A stretch of DNA of 64,000 bases, from positions 533,168 to 597,167 of the forward strand of contig MU053482.1 of NCBI GenBank assembly GCA_013239625.1. The letters run 5' to 3'. Numbering within the stretch: the first letter of the stretch is position 1; each line of letters starts with the position of its first letter. A program made the translations under genes and the position numbers. This document shows positions 13,266 to 25,177 of the stretch, one piece after another. The notes below the pieces were generated by a model. It was not told the DNA's origin and ran no database searches. It worked only from the letters and a program-made list of their open reading frames with translations. The DNA comes from Lama guanicoe. Lineage: Eukaryota.

Positions 13266-14029
13266 CCAAAGTTGAGACTCCAGATGGAGGGTATTGAAAT
13301 GGAGAGGTTTGGGGATGGTGGTCTCACTCAGGATATACTCCCCAGAAAAGGGAAATGAGATGGAAACTGGGCAGGGAGGTAGGAAGGGGCTGGAGGGGCC
13401 AACTGAGAGAGAGAATGGGAAGAAGTGAAATCAGAGAGAGGCACAGAGTGCTAGAAGAGCTTTTTTGACCCCTCCCTTTTTATCCTTTCTTATGACTGAG
13501 TATAGGTCGTGAGCCCAAAGTTATTGTGGACTTGAGACATGTGCAAATGATACAAAGACATCAGGAACTTCTGGGGTGGGAGGACACAGTTTCAGTTAAA
13601 GCAGAAGGGAGTGAGGTTTTGAAACGGAGAGAAGAGGCTGGAGTCCTTGATAACATCCAGGTTTCTGGCTTGGGCAGCTGGGTGAATGGTGGTGACATTT
13701 ACTGTGTTGGACAAAAGGAGCGGGAGGAGCTTGCAAGGGGCTGATTTAGAAAGATGATGACTTTTGATTTGGGCTGCCGACTTTGAAGTGCCTGTTGGGT
13801 AGGTAGGGCTGCAGCTTAGAAGAGCGGTCTGGGATGGACATAAATATTTGGGAGTCATCTGCAAATACCGTATAAGCTTGAATATAGGGTGAGGTTTTTG
13901 CTGTTTTGTTTTTCCAAAATAATCCCTCAGGAAAGAGGGAGTAACCTTATATTTGAGTCCTTACAAAGTCTCTCATATTACAGGGTTTGCTCTCATTTAC
14001 TTTATTTTGAACAACAAACCACTGGATGG

Positions 14030-14250
14030 GACAGTATGGTATGGTGACTAAGCTTGTGGACTCTGGAGCCAGACTGCCTAGCTTGGGGTCCAGACCTTGC
14101 CTTTTACAAGCTGTGTGGCTTTTGGAAAGTTACTTAACCTGTCTCTGCCTCAGTTTTCTCATCTATAAAGTGGGGCTAAGTTTAAATTATTTAACATATG
14201 TAAAGTACTTTGTACCTGGCACATAGTAAACGCTCCATAAATGCTATTTT
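14030..14250 (+). mobile_element. MIR SINE
   Basis: 'ggactctggagccagactgcc...ttacttaacctgtctctgcctcagttttctcatctataaagtgggg...cctggcacatagtaaacgctc'. Confidence 0.85.
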
Positions 14251-14444
14251 TACTCTTTGGGCAAGACCCAAAATATCCTCAACAATGCTATTTTGGATGT
14301 CTTTATACACTTGCCACAGCATCCATAGTCGAAGAAATTTAACACAGCTTTGATAACTATTTCTGGTAATATGGCCTCACAACTGCATGTGTTGGACGTT
14401 TCTAAATCTGCTTTATAAAGAGTGCTTTAAAAAGTAATACAGAA

Positions 14445-14620
14445 GTACTTGGGAGGGGCTTCCAGGCTGCTGGAAATGTTCTATTTCTTGACTTGAATGA
14501 TGTTATATGGATGTTTAATTTTGTGACAATTCATTGAGTCAAACACTTAGGACTTGGGCAATCTTCTGTGTGAGTATTATACTTCACTACTAAAATAACA
14601 ATTAAAATTTATTTTTAAAG
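14445..14620 (+). mobile_element. Old L1 (L1MC/ME-like) 3' end fragment
   Basis: 'ggaaatgttctatttcttgac...tgtgacaattcattgag...tattatacttca'. Confidence 0.65.
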
Positions 14621-15169
14621 GGCAAAACATTAAGTGATTTTAAGAGATCATGGATATATTCTTGCAGGATGCATGCCAAAAACCAACTGCCCTAGTGTGA
14701 TGCAAATGGGACTTGTGACTTGGGATAAAGTTTCCAATGACTACATCATATGTGGATTCAAATTACGCTGTGTCCTCCCCCAAATTCTTCATTTAGACTG
14801 AAGAGATGGTCATCTGTTCTAGGAAATGAGTACCATGGCTGAAAAAGTGACCCTTATAATGAGAAAGACACTGCTTTGGAGGATGCTTATTAAAAATATT
14901 CATTAAATTGTTTACTAAATTAGGAGAATGGCAGTGTTTATAAATCAATGTATTATTTATAAATATTTTTATATATGAATTTAAATATATGTATAAAAAA
15001 GTCTATTAACTGATAAAAGCAGAGTTTTGGTTGTTTCATCCTCATCCCTGAAGATATACATTTTCAGGTTGGTCAAAACGCTTTTTGGGTTTTCTCTTTG
15101 GGAGGTTTGGGTTGGCTTGTATGACAGATGGAAGTGTAAGCTAAGGGAGTGTGTAAGATTTCTTAGCGT

Positions 15170-17100
15170 ACACATTGGGAAGAGAAGGGGGGCTAGGGCA
15201 AACCTTGAGAAGCTCCAGCACTTAAAGGTTGAGAAGAGGAGGTGCAGCCTTCAAAGGAGATTGAGAAGGAGTTGCAACTGAGGGAGAAGAAAGGGAGGAA
15301 GTGGCACCACTGAAGCCAAGGGAAAGGCCACAAAAGAAGTCACGAAGCTGGGAATGTTCATCAGGGTTGAATGACACAGAGGAGGCCAAGGAGACAAGGA
15401 CTGAAAAGTGTCCATTGGATTTGGCCAGAGGGAGCCCACTGGTGACCTGGGAGACAACGGGTAGGTGGAGTGGTAGGGGTGGAAACCAGTCAGCACTCAG
15501 GGAAGGAGCTGAGTAAGGTGTGAGGAACTGAACACATGGGGTAGAGCCTGTTCTTTACAGAGGCTTGACTATAGGGAAGGAGAGAGACCTACAGCAGGGA
15601 GAGGGGACAGGTGTTTTAGGGGACCAGAGAGTTTTTCAAATTGGAAAACCTACATTTTCTTACTTCCTTGTATTTATTGGAGACACAAATAAGTGCCCAT
15701 TATGTGCCAATTTTATACTTGACACATGGTTAAGATATGACTAAGGAGCTCACAGTAAGCTCTTTGAAGACAGATCTATACATTGGCTCTGGGTTGTATG
15801 ACAGTGATAGAGGAAAACATGGGATTGTGTGCATAGAGAGGATTCCTAACCCAACCCACAGTTGGGACGTCAGCAAATGGTGTCACAAAGATGACAGTGG
15901 GACTGGATCTTGAAGGGTGAGTAGAAGCATAGCAGAGGGAAAAGTTGGAGAAAGAACTTTCAGTCAGAGTAAACAGCACCACATTCAGAGTCACAAGAGC
16001 ATGAAGGAAAATAGCTTTTGGCCATGGAGGTTGGTGTGTACATGGTAAGTGGTGGTGATTCCTGAGTACATTGACTTGGCTAGAGCGTAGGGCATATGGA
16101 CTAGTGTGAAAGGAGAAAATAAGAAAGGTAAATGGGGCCAAATCATGGAGGATGTTATATATTATGCAAAGAGCCCAGGTTCTGAAGAAACTTTGTGAGG
16201 TTTATTTAATAAGGGAAATAAAATGATCAGGTTATGTGACATCAGCATCATTTTGGGGGCAATACTGAGGTTCTAAGGAGAACAGACAAGAGTCAGTTTC
16301 AATTGTTCAGCTTATAACAAGGGTCTAAACTAAGTTAGTGTAGAAAAGAGAAGTAAGATATGAGAGAAGTTACAGAGATAAAACTTCAGTACTTGGTGGA
16401 AAGTGAAGAATGGTAACATAGGAGGATTGTAAAATGTCTTCCATCTTCCTGGGTCATACATTAATGATGTTACTCATGATGTTGAGGGGTAAAAAAGATG
16501 AACAGGTTTGAGAGAAGAGAAATATGACCATGAATGTGGTTTTGGACATGATGACTTTAAGATGTATGTGAGATATCCAGGGATTTCCGGTCAAGATGGT
16601 GGAGTGGTAGGACCACGAGCTCACCTCTCCTCATGACTATGACAAATCTACAACTGAGTTCTAAACAATCATTAGGAAAAAAAAGACTGGAACCTAGTAA
16701 GATGTATGTGAGATATCCAAATGAAGATGTCTAATAGATGATTGAGTATAAAATTTGGAACTCAGTTGAGCTGAGGATAGATATTTTGGAGACATCAGTC
16801 TATAGTGGTTAAGTGGAACCATGAGAACAGATGTGGTTACCTACAGAGAACATGTAGGGAGAAGAGAGTCTGGGCAGCCTTTAAGGGTAGATAACAAAAG
16901 AAGAGCCATGAAATTGGGTAGAAGCAACCAACAAGGTAAGAATTGAACAAGAGAATTGTGTCCAGTGGGTTATCATAGAAGTCAAGGAAGAAAACAGCTA
17001 CTGGAATTAGAGTTGTCAACAGAGTAAAAATACTTCAGTAAGATGAAGTCTGATAGGTCTCCATTAGATTTTGAAATTAAGATATGGCTAATGATCATAA
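15170..17100. mobile_element. L2 LINE fragments
   Basis: Purine-rich L2 phrases ('aaaagtgtccattggatttggc', 'gagatatccaaatgaagatgtctaatag', 'ccattagattttgaaatt'). Confidence 0.7.
16580..16697 (+). mobile_element. L1 5'-end-like fragment flanked by a perfect 22-bp target-site duplication
   Basis: Starts 'gggatttccggtcaagatggtggagt' (L1 5' terminus, YY1-type CAAGATGG); direct repeat taagatgtatgtgagatatcca at 16558-16579 and 16698-16719. Confidence 0.7.
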
Positions 17101-17120
17101 TGATTCAAAGAGAGGAGGGG

Positions 17121-18555
17121 AAGAAGAACAAAGCTGGAGGCATCACACATCCTGGTTTCAAACAATACTACAAAGCTGTAGCAATCAAAACAGTATGGTA
17201 TTGGCATAAAAACCAGACACAAAGATCAACGGAACAGAATAAGGAACTCCGAAATAAAACTATGTGTATGATCAATTAATTTTCAATAAAGGCTCCAAGA
17301 ATACACAATGAGGAAAAGATAGTGTCTTTAATAAATGCTGCTGGGAAAACTGGATATCCATGGACAAAAGAATTAAACTGGATGCTTAACTGACAACATA
17401 ACCAAAAATCAACTCAGAGTGGGTTAAAGATTTGAACACTAAGACCTGGAACCATAAAACTCTTAGAAGAACTTCAACATGGGGGGCTCACTCCTTGGCA
17501 TCGGTCTTGATGATGACTTTTTGGATTTGACACTAAAAGCAAAGGGAATAAAAGCAAAAGTAAGCAAGTGGGACCACATCAAATTGAGAATCTTCTGCAC
17601 ATTAAAGGAAACTATCAACAAAAAGGCAACCTATGGAAGGGGAGAAAATATTTGCAAAGCATGTATCTGCTAACAAGTTGATATCCAAAATATACAAGGA
17701 ATACTCATACAACTCAAGAGCAAAAAACCAAATAACTCAACTTAAAAATGGGCAAATGACCTTAATAGACATTTTCCCAAAGAAGATACACAAATGGTCA
17801 GCAGGTACATGAAAAGGTGCTCAACATCACTGATTGTCAGGGAAATTGAAATCAAAACCTCAATGAGATATCACCTTACATCTGTTAGGATGGCTGTTAC
17901 CAAAAAACAAGCCATAACAAATGCTGTTAAGGATGCGGAGAAACAGGGAATCCTTATACACTGCTGGTGGTGATGTAAACTGGTAAGGCTGCTATAGAAA
18001 AAAGTATGGAGGTTCTTTAAGACATTAAAAATAGAACTGTCATATGATCCAGCAGTCCTACTTCTGGGATGTCCAAAGGAAATGAAGTCACTATCTTGAA
18101 GAGCTATCTGCCCCTCATGTTTATTGCAGCATATTCACAAAAGCCAACATGTGAAAACAACCTAAATATCACTTGATGGACAAATGAACAAAGAAAATGT
18201 GAGATACACACACACATGGGATATTATTCAGCTTTAAAAGCAAAGGATATTCTGTTATTTGTGACAGCATGGATGAACCTGGAGGACATTATGTTAAATG
18301 AAATAAGCCACACAGAGAGAGACATATACTGCACAGTATCACTTATATATGGAATCTACAAAAAAAAAATCAAACTCATAGGAACAGAGAGTATAACGGT
18401 GATTGCCTGGAGATGGGATATGCGGGAAATGGAGAGATATGGGTAAAAGGGTACAAACTTTCAGTTACAAGACGGATAAGTTCTGCGGATCCAATGTATA
18501 ACTTGGGGACTGTAGTTAATAATACTGTATTGTATAAATGAAATTTGTCAAGAGG
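17121..18555 (+). mobile_element. 5'-truncated L1 (L1MA-like): ORF2 C-terminus and 3' UTR, degenerate
   Basis: ORF remnants [31 protein letters not shown] and WMNLEDIMLNEIS; multiple stops. Confidence 0.92.
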
Positions 18556-18857
18556 GGGGAAAAAAAGAAGAGAGGAAAGAGAGGGAGAGGGAGAGAAGAG
18601 GGGAGAGAAACCAGGCCACAGTGAGATAAGGAGGGAGTAGAGGTAAAAGAGTAGCAACAGTGTGTAAGAGTGAAAACTTAACTGCATGTGAATGAAACCC
18701 AATTGAATTAGCTTAGGAAAAAAAGTAGATTTCCTAGTCCAGTTACCAAACCTGGGAGATGACTAGCAAATGGAACCAGAACCTCAAGACTTTGTCTGTG
18801 TCTCTAGTTTCTGTATCTCCTTTTATTTTGCTTAATTCTCTCCTACTGAATATTTAA

Positions 18858-19550
18858 AATTTTATTTTGGAGCAGTTCTAGATTTATAGAAAAGTTGCAA
18901 GGATAGTACTGAGAGTCCCCATGTATCTGTCATCTAGTTTTCTCTGATAATAACATCTTAAATAATTATGATACATTTGTCAAAAATAAAAGGTTATCGT
19001 TGGTACGTCACTATTAACTACACTAGACTTTGTTCAGATTTCACCAGCTTTTTTGGTAATGTCTTTTTTCTATCTTAGGATTCAATGCAGGAGACCATTT
19101 AGTTCTCATGTTTCATTAGTCTCCTCTGGTCTGTGACAGCTTCTCTGTCTTTGTCTTTTCATGATCTTGACAGTTTTGAAGAAAACTGGCCAGGCATGTT
19201 GTCGAATGTCCCTCTGTTTGGTTTTCTCTGACGTTTTCCTTATGAGTTGACTGGGAAGAAGGAGCACCACAAAGGTGAGGTGAAGTGCCCTTTTCATCAC
19301 ATTGTATCAGGGGGTACATGTCATCAACGTGAAGTCCCACTGGTGGTGTTAACTTTGATTATTTGGTTACGGTTGTGTCTGCCAGGTCTTTCCACTGTAA
19401 AGCTACTTTTTCTCTTTTTCCATATTCTGTTCTTTAGAAGTGAGTTACGAAGTTCCGTACTCAGGGAGGGAGTTCTGTCTCCAGGAGGGGGAAACATATA
19501 TATATTGTAATATGTAGTATATTATTAGGAATTCTTCTGTTTGGACGATG
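18858..19550 (-). mobile_element. L1MC-like 3' UTR fragment
   Basis: 'ttctagatttatagaaaagttgcaaggatagtactgagagtccc...ttcatgatcttgacagttttgaagaaaactggccagg'. Confidence 0.75.
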
Positions 19551-22474
19551 TCTCTTATCTTCTCTCCTGAGGTGTTAAACTAATTTTAAAATCAATATAA
19601 TATATATTAAAAATAGTTCAAAAATAGGCTTTATAACAATACCAGCAATTTCAGAAATCCCGAGGAAAGACTCCAGATGGCCTAGGTTGACTCATGTGCC
19701 CATCTAGGTCAATTTTGGGAGTAGAGGGCAAGGTCATTTAAGAAGATGGCAGATCCCATTCAGACTGACTGTTAACAACGCTGTGGCATAAAATTGTCCT
19801 GCTCAGGGCATGCTTTGGTCCTTTCCTCTGTTAAGTGGCCTCTCATTTAACTTTCAGTTCTCAAGTGAAGCATCACTTCATCACATCCCTGACCTCTCTA
19901 GGTCTCACTTTTCTTGTTTTGTTTTGTTCTTTGTTTCCTTGTTTGACCTGACTAGGTCAGATCCCCAGATGATGGGCCCTCCTAGTGCCTGGTATTTCTC
20001 CTTTGTAACAGGTATCACAGTTGCAAGTTTCTGGTGTGTAAATATTTGATTAAATGTCTTTATGCTCCACTCAGCAGTAAACCTGGTTTGCTCACCATTG
20101 AAGCCTGCCCATAGGTGATATTCAGTCAATATTTGCTAAGCAAATGACTGACATGAGGGGGTTTCTATTCCAGAACTAAGAAAGAATGTTAGTGAGATAG
20201 CAGGATCAAGGACCACTACTCAGTGAGTGCAGCAAGGAGAGAGAGAAAGAATAGGTAACAGGAGGCTGAGAGGGGGAGTGGGGAAGGGAAAGACTGAGGG
20301 ATGTTTGCTTGGACGTGAGCATCAGGACCATGTTTAACACCGCAGATAAGGAGCTGATGGAGAGGCAATGGCTAGTGGAGAAAGGTCCCAGAGTAGAGAG
20401 GACGGTCTGAAGAATTAACCATGGCTACAGGAAGGAATTGGTTTTTAACCTAGAGAGGTACCTCCTCCTTCAAGACTAAAAGGGAAAATGGGTGAGATGC
20501 AGGTAAGTGCATGTATGAGGGTATGATGGCAGTGCAGGAGGGAGATAGACAGGGTGGAACATTGAGGCCATCATATCTGGTGATCCCATTCTTTTCTGGA
20601 GAGGACTTGGAGTTTGTGAAAATGGTCATAAGGGAGGCAGTATGTTAGGGAGCTTGAGGAAGGTGTTAAAGGAGTGGAGATACTGTTAAGAGGAATGATG
20701 GTTGGTGGCCTTATAGACCTAAAGGACCATGGAGTTGAGAATGCTGGTGACAGAACAAAGGATATAGGCACAGCTACAGTAAAATCCTTGATGAAAAAGA
20801 GGAGATATCATTTCATGACAGCACTGAGGAAGGCAGAGTCTCAAATAACAAGATGGTATGAGTCTCAAAGATTTGGGGGAAGGTGTGGAGAAGTACTTGT
20901 GTTTGGGCTTCAGGGAGTCCTGAAAGTGGAGACTAATTCCCTCTCCTCCTCAGACATGTGGGAAAATGTGAAGAAATGATGTACTTAAGCAAAGCCAGCT
21001 CTCTTACACAGGATTTAGAGGCTCAGAGGCATATAAAGGGGCTGAGAATTCAGGGGGTTGTCACCACGAAATGGAGATTTCAGAGCAGGAAAAATTGGAA
21101 GGGAGGGTCCATGATGGGAAGGGCTGGAAGTCAGGGATGCAGTGGAAGGGCAAATTAACCAGGGGCAAGGAAGGACAGATGAGTGTGGGGATGACCAAAT
21201 GGGAAAGGAAAGATGACCCAAAAGACCTACCTTGGAATGATGATCCTGAATGACGTGACGGGAGGCTGACAATCCTCGCTGGCTCTGTTATTCATTTGTT
21301 CCTTCTTAGTGCAGGAGGAGGCACTGGGTAGGATCAGTGCTTGGTTTTAGACTGCTCAAGACTTAGCCCCCCCGTTCAAATGCTCACGAGAAGCCACAGT
21401 CATTAGCTCTCTTCAGTAGAGCCCAGCCCTGGAGAAAGTGAGCATGAGTATTTAAAAAATGGCCAGAGTCCAGCACAGTTTGAGTTGAGATCTTCCAAGA
21501 GCAAGCATGTTTTCCAGGCTCTGAAGGATTTCAATTCCCTGTAGTGACTCTAGGAAAGGAAAAAGGAGACTCCCAATCCTCTCCCACAGAGCGGGAGCCA
21601 GAGAAGGCAGAACCAGATGGGATCTAGAACACAGGTGGAGGGATTAAATGTGGAGAAGAGGAAGGACTCCCATCCTCTGGGATGGGAAGTAAGAAGAGCC
21701 AGTTCTCAGAATTTCAATTCAGAGTGATCAATTTACTGAAATTCACCAATTTTGTCAATTTTCCAAAATTTTGTTTCTTCTATGTGTAAAGTTTACAACA
21801 ATTTGCATGGTTGTATGGATTTTAACTACTCTTGAAAGTTTCTACAAAGTATCAGTTACTAATTTTGAAGTGCAGTTTAGCTCAGTTTAGTTTAGTTTTA
21901 ACTTATTTGCAGCTGTTTCACTGAAGTCATTTTGCCATGGCTGGCCAAAGTTCAGTGTAGTCTAAGTTTTTCCTTATTTTGAATCTATGACTTGAAAATG
22001 AGAATTTTTTGTGTATTTTGTTCTACAAGTATTGTGCAATGACTCAAATGTCAAATATTTTATAAACAATCATGGGGGGGATCCCTCTCTTCCAAAGCAT
22101 TTTCAATCCAATAATTTGCCTTTTTTAAAACTTGTTTTTTTGTGCATTTGTAATTTTAATAGGTTATATGGGCTGAAATGTGGCCACACTGTGTTTCCAT
22201 ACTGGTTGGTAAATGGTATAAATAGTTACTATGGTATGTGATAAAATTAATTATATCAATTCTATTATAAACTCATTAATTCAAGATAGTTGTTCTAAAA
22301 TCTCACGATGACCATTCATAAATGGGCCTCCTGCCATAGTAACATCAAAGCAATTATTTGTAGAATTTCTACCAGTCCCATTCATACCACAATAGGAAGA
22401 CTGTACTTTAGGAAGATCTCTGCTTAGCCTTATCCTTGATTATGTAGTTGTTGCTATTTCTAAATACAGTTTTA

Positions 22475-25075
22475 ACTTTTATTTTTATTTTTATTTGTTT
22501 AAGCAACAGTTTTATTGAGTTACAATTTATATACCATAAAGTTCATCCTTGTGAAGTATACAATTCACAGTGGTTTTTAGTATGTTCGCAGAGTTGTGTA
22601 TCCATCACCAAAATCAAATTCCACAATATTTTCATTGCTCCAAAAGAAACCCCATACCTACTAGCAGTTACTCCCCATTTCCTCCTCCCTTCAGCCCCTG
22701 ACATAATCTACGTTCTGTTTCTGTGGATTTGCCTATTCTGAATATTTCACATAAATGAAATCATACAATATGTAGCCTTTTTGTGTCTGGCTTCTTTCAC
22801 TTAGAGTATTTTTGAGGTTCATCTATGTTGTAGCATACATTAGCATTTCATTCCTTTTTATGGAGGAATAATAGTCTATTCTATGGCTATATCACATTCT
22901 GTTTATTCATTCATCAGTTGAGGGACATTTGGAATTTCTTTTCTTTCTTTTTTTTGTTTTTTTGCCCTTTTGGGTTATTATGAATAATGCTGCTGTGAAC
23001 ACTTGTATACAAGTTTTTGTGTGGACATGCCTTTTCAATTCCCTTGGGTATATACCTAGGAGTGGAATTGCTGGTATGATACATATTGTAACTACGTACT
23101 ATAAACTGTTTACCATTTTGAGGAAATATCTGAGGAAATGTTGTCAAACTTTTCTACAGCAGCTTCACCATTTCACCTTTCTACGAGGAGTGTATGAGGG
23201 TTCCAGTTTCTCTACGTCCTTGCCAACATTTGCTATTGCTTATCTTTTTGATTATAATCATCTTAGTGAGTATGAAGTGGTATCTCATTGTGGTTTTGAT
23301 TTGTCTTTCTATAAAGGCTAATGATGTTCAGCATATTTTTAGATGAGATCGGGTGCGTTCAGGGTGGTATGGCCGTAGACTCAGCATCTTTTTATATGCT
23401 GATTCACCATTGCATATTTTCTTCTCTGGATTCTTTCAAGGTTTTCTCTTTGTCTTTGATTTTCTGTAGTTTGAATATTTTGCAGTTTTCTATACCCAGG
23501 TGAAGATTTTTTCAGTATCTACCCTGATGTCTTCTAAGCTTCCTAGATCTGTGGTTTAAATGGTGTCTGCCATCAATTTCAGAAAATTCTCTGTAGTTAT
23601 TACTTCAAATATTTCTTCCGTTCCTTTCTCTCCATTGTATGTATTTTCTTATTGTCCCACAGTTCTTGTATATTCTATTCTTTAAATAATTAACTTATTT
23701 TCCTTTTGTTGTTTGTGCTTTCGGCATTGTATCTAAGAAACTGTTGTCTATTCCAAGGTGAAGATTTACTGTCACTTTTTTTCTAACAGTTTTATGATTT
23801 TAGCTCTTACATTTAGGTCTGTGACGCATTTGAGATAGTTTTTGTACGTGGTGTGAGGTGGGGATGTAACTTTAGTTTTTTAAATATGGATAGCTAGCCC
23901 TGGCATTATTTATTGAAAATACTTGTCTTTCTTTTTCTTGCCATCCCTGTTAAAAAAATTGACCATAACTGTGAATGTTTATTTCTGATCTCTCATTTCT
24001 TTTCCATTGATCTACAGGTCTATCCTTATGTCAGTACTACACAGTCTTGATTACTTTGTAAAAGTTTTAAAGTCAGGAACTATGAGTCTTTCAACTTTGT
24101 TATTTTTCAAGATTATTTTGGCTATTCTGGGTCCCTTGAACTTCCATGATTTTCAGTATTTCTGCAAAAAAAAATGCAATGTGATTTTGATAAGGATGAT
24201 ACTGAATTTCAAATCAATTTGGGGAGTATTTCTATCTTAACAATATTATGTCTTCAAATCCATGAACATATGATATCTTTACATTTATGAAGGCATTTTC
24301 ACATGTTCTCAATAATCTTTTATAGTTTTCAGTGTGTAAGTCTTGTACTTTACTTAAATATTCCCAAGCATTTTATTCTTTTTGATGCTATTGTAAATGG
24401 AATTGTTTTCTTAATTTCTTTTTTGGATTGTTACTTGCTAGTGTGTAGAAATACAATTGATTTTTGAATACTGATTTTGTATCCTGTAACCTTGTTGAAT
24501 TCATTTATTAGTTTTAATAGTTTTTTGGTGGATTCCTCAGGATTTTCTATATATAAGACCATATTATCTGTGAATAGAGATAATTTTACTTCTTCCTTTC
24601 CCATACAGATGTCTTGTTTTTTTTCTTGTCTAACTGCCTTAGTGGAACCTTTAAAACAATGTTAAATAAAAGTAGCAAGAATGGACATCTTTGTCCTGTT
24701 CCTGATTTTAGAAAGAAAGTGTCCAGTCTTTTAATATTAACTATGATATAAGCTGTGGGTTTTTCATGCCCTTTATTTGTTGAGAGAATTCCTTTTATTC
24801 CTAATTTATTGAGTGCTTATATAATGAAAAGGTGTCAGGTATTGTCAAATGCTTTTTGTGTGTCTACTGAGATAATCCTGTGGTTTTGCTTTTTATTCTA
24901 TTGAGATGATATGGTATATTACATTACTTGAGTTCAGAATGGTAACCAACCTTGTATTTCTAGGATAAAGCCCACTTGTTCCTAGTATATAAATCTTTTT
25001 CTGTGTTGTTGGATACAGTCTAGTATTTTGTTGGGGAATTTGTATCTATATTCATAAGGGATATTGATCTTTTCT
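22475..25075 (-). mobile_element. Old L1 (L1MB-like), ORF2 3' half and 3' UTR, with nested inserts
   Basis: Reverse L1 3' end 'tttattgagttacaatttatataccataaagttcatcc', reverse ORF2 phrases 'ttgtatcctgtaaccttgttgaattc' and 'tttgtcctgttcctgat'. Confidence 0.9.
23341..23380 (-). pseudogene. 5S rRNA 5' fragment (nt 1-40), tailless retropseudogene
   Basis: Reverse complement GTCTACGGCCATACCACCCTGAACGCACCCGATCTCATCT matches mammalian 5S nt 1-40 with two CpG-type changes; 13-bp TSD tcagcat(a/c)ttttt. Confidence 0.9.
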
Positions 25076-25081
25076 TGCAAT

Positions 25082-25177
25082 GGGGAAGGTGTAGCTCAGT
25101 GGTAAATGGCATGCTTAGCATGCATGAGGTCCTGGGTTCAATCTTCAATACTGCCATTAAATAAATAAGTAAATAAA
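25082..25177 (+). mobile_element. tRNA(Ala)-derived SINE (camelid vic-1-like)
   Basis: ggggaaggtgtagctcagtggta (A box)...gcatgaggtcctgggttcaatc (B box), then an (AAAT)n-like tail. Confidence 0.8.

Noticed and set aside
25082..25160. Functional tRNA-Ala gene (also 32282-32371)
   Set aside because: Acceptor stem does not pair, A-rich tail present, and the second copy has a TSD: these are SINEs.
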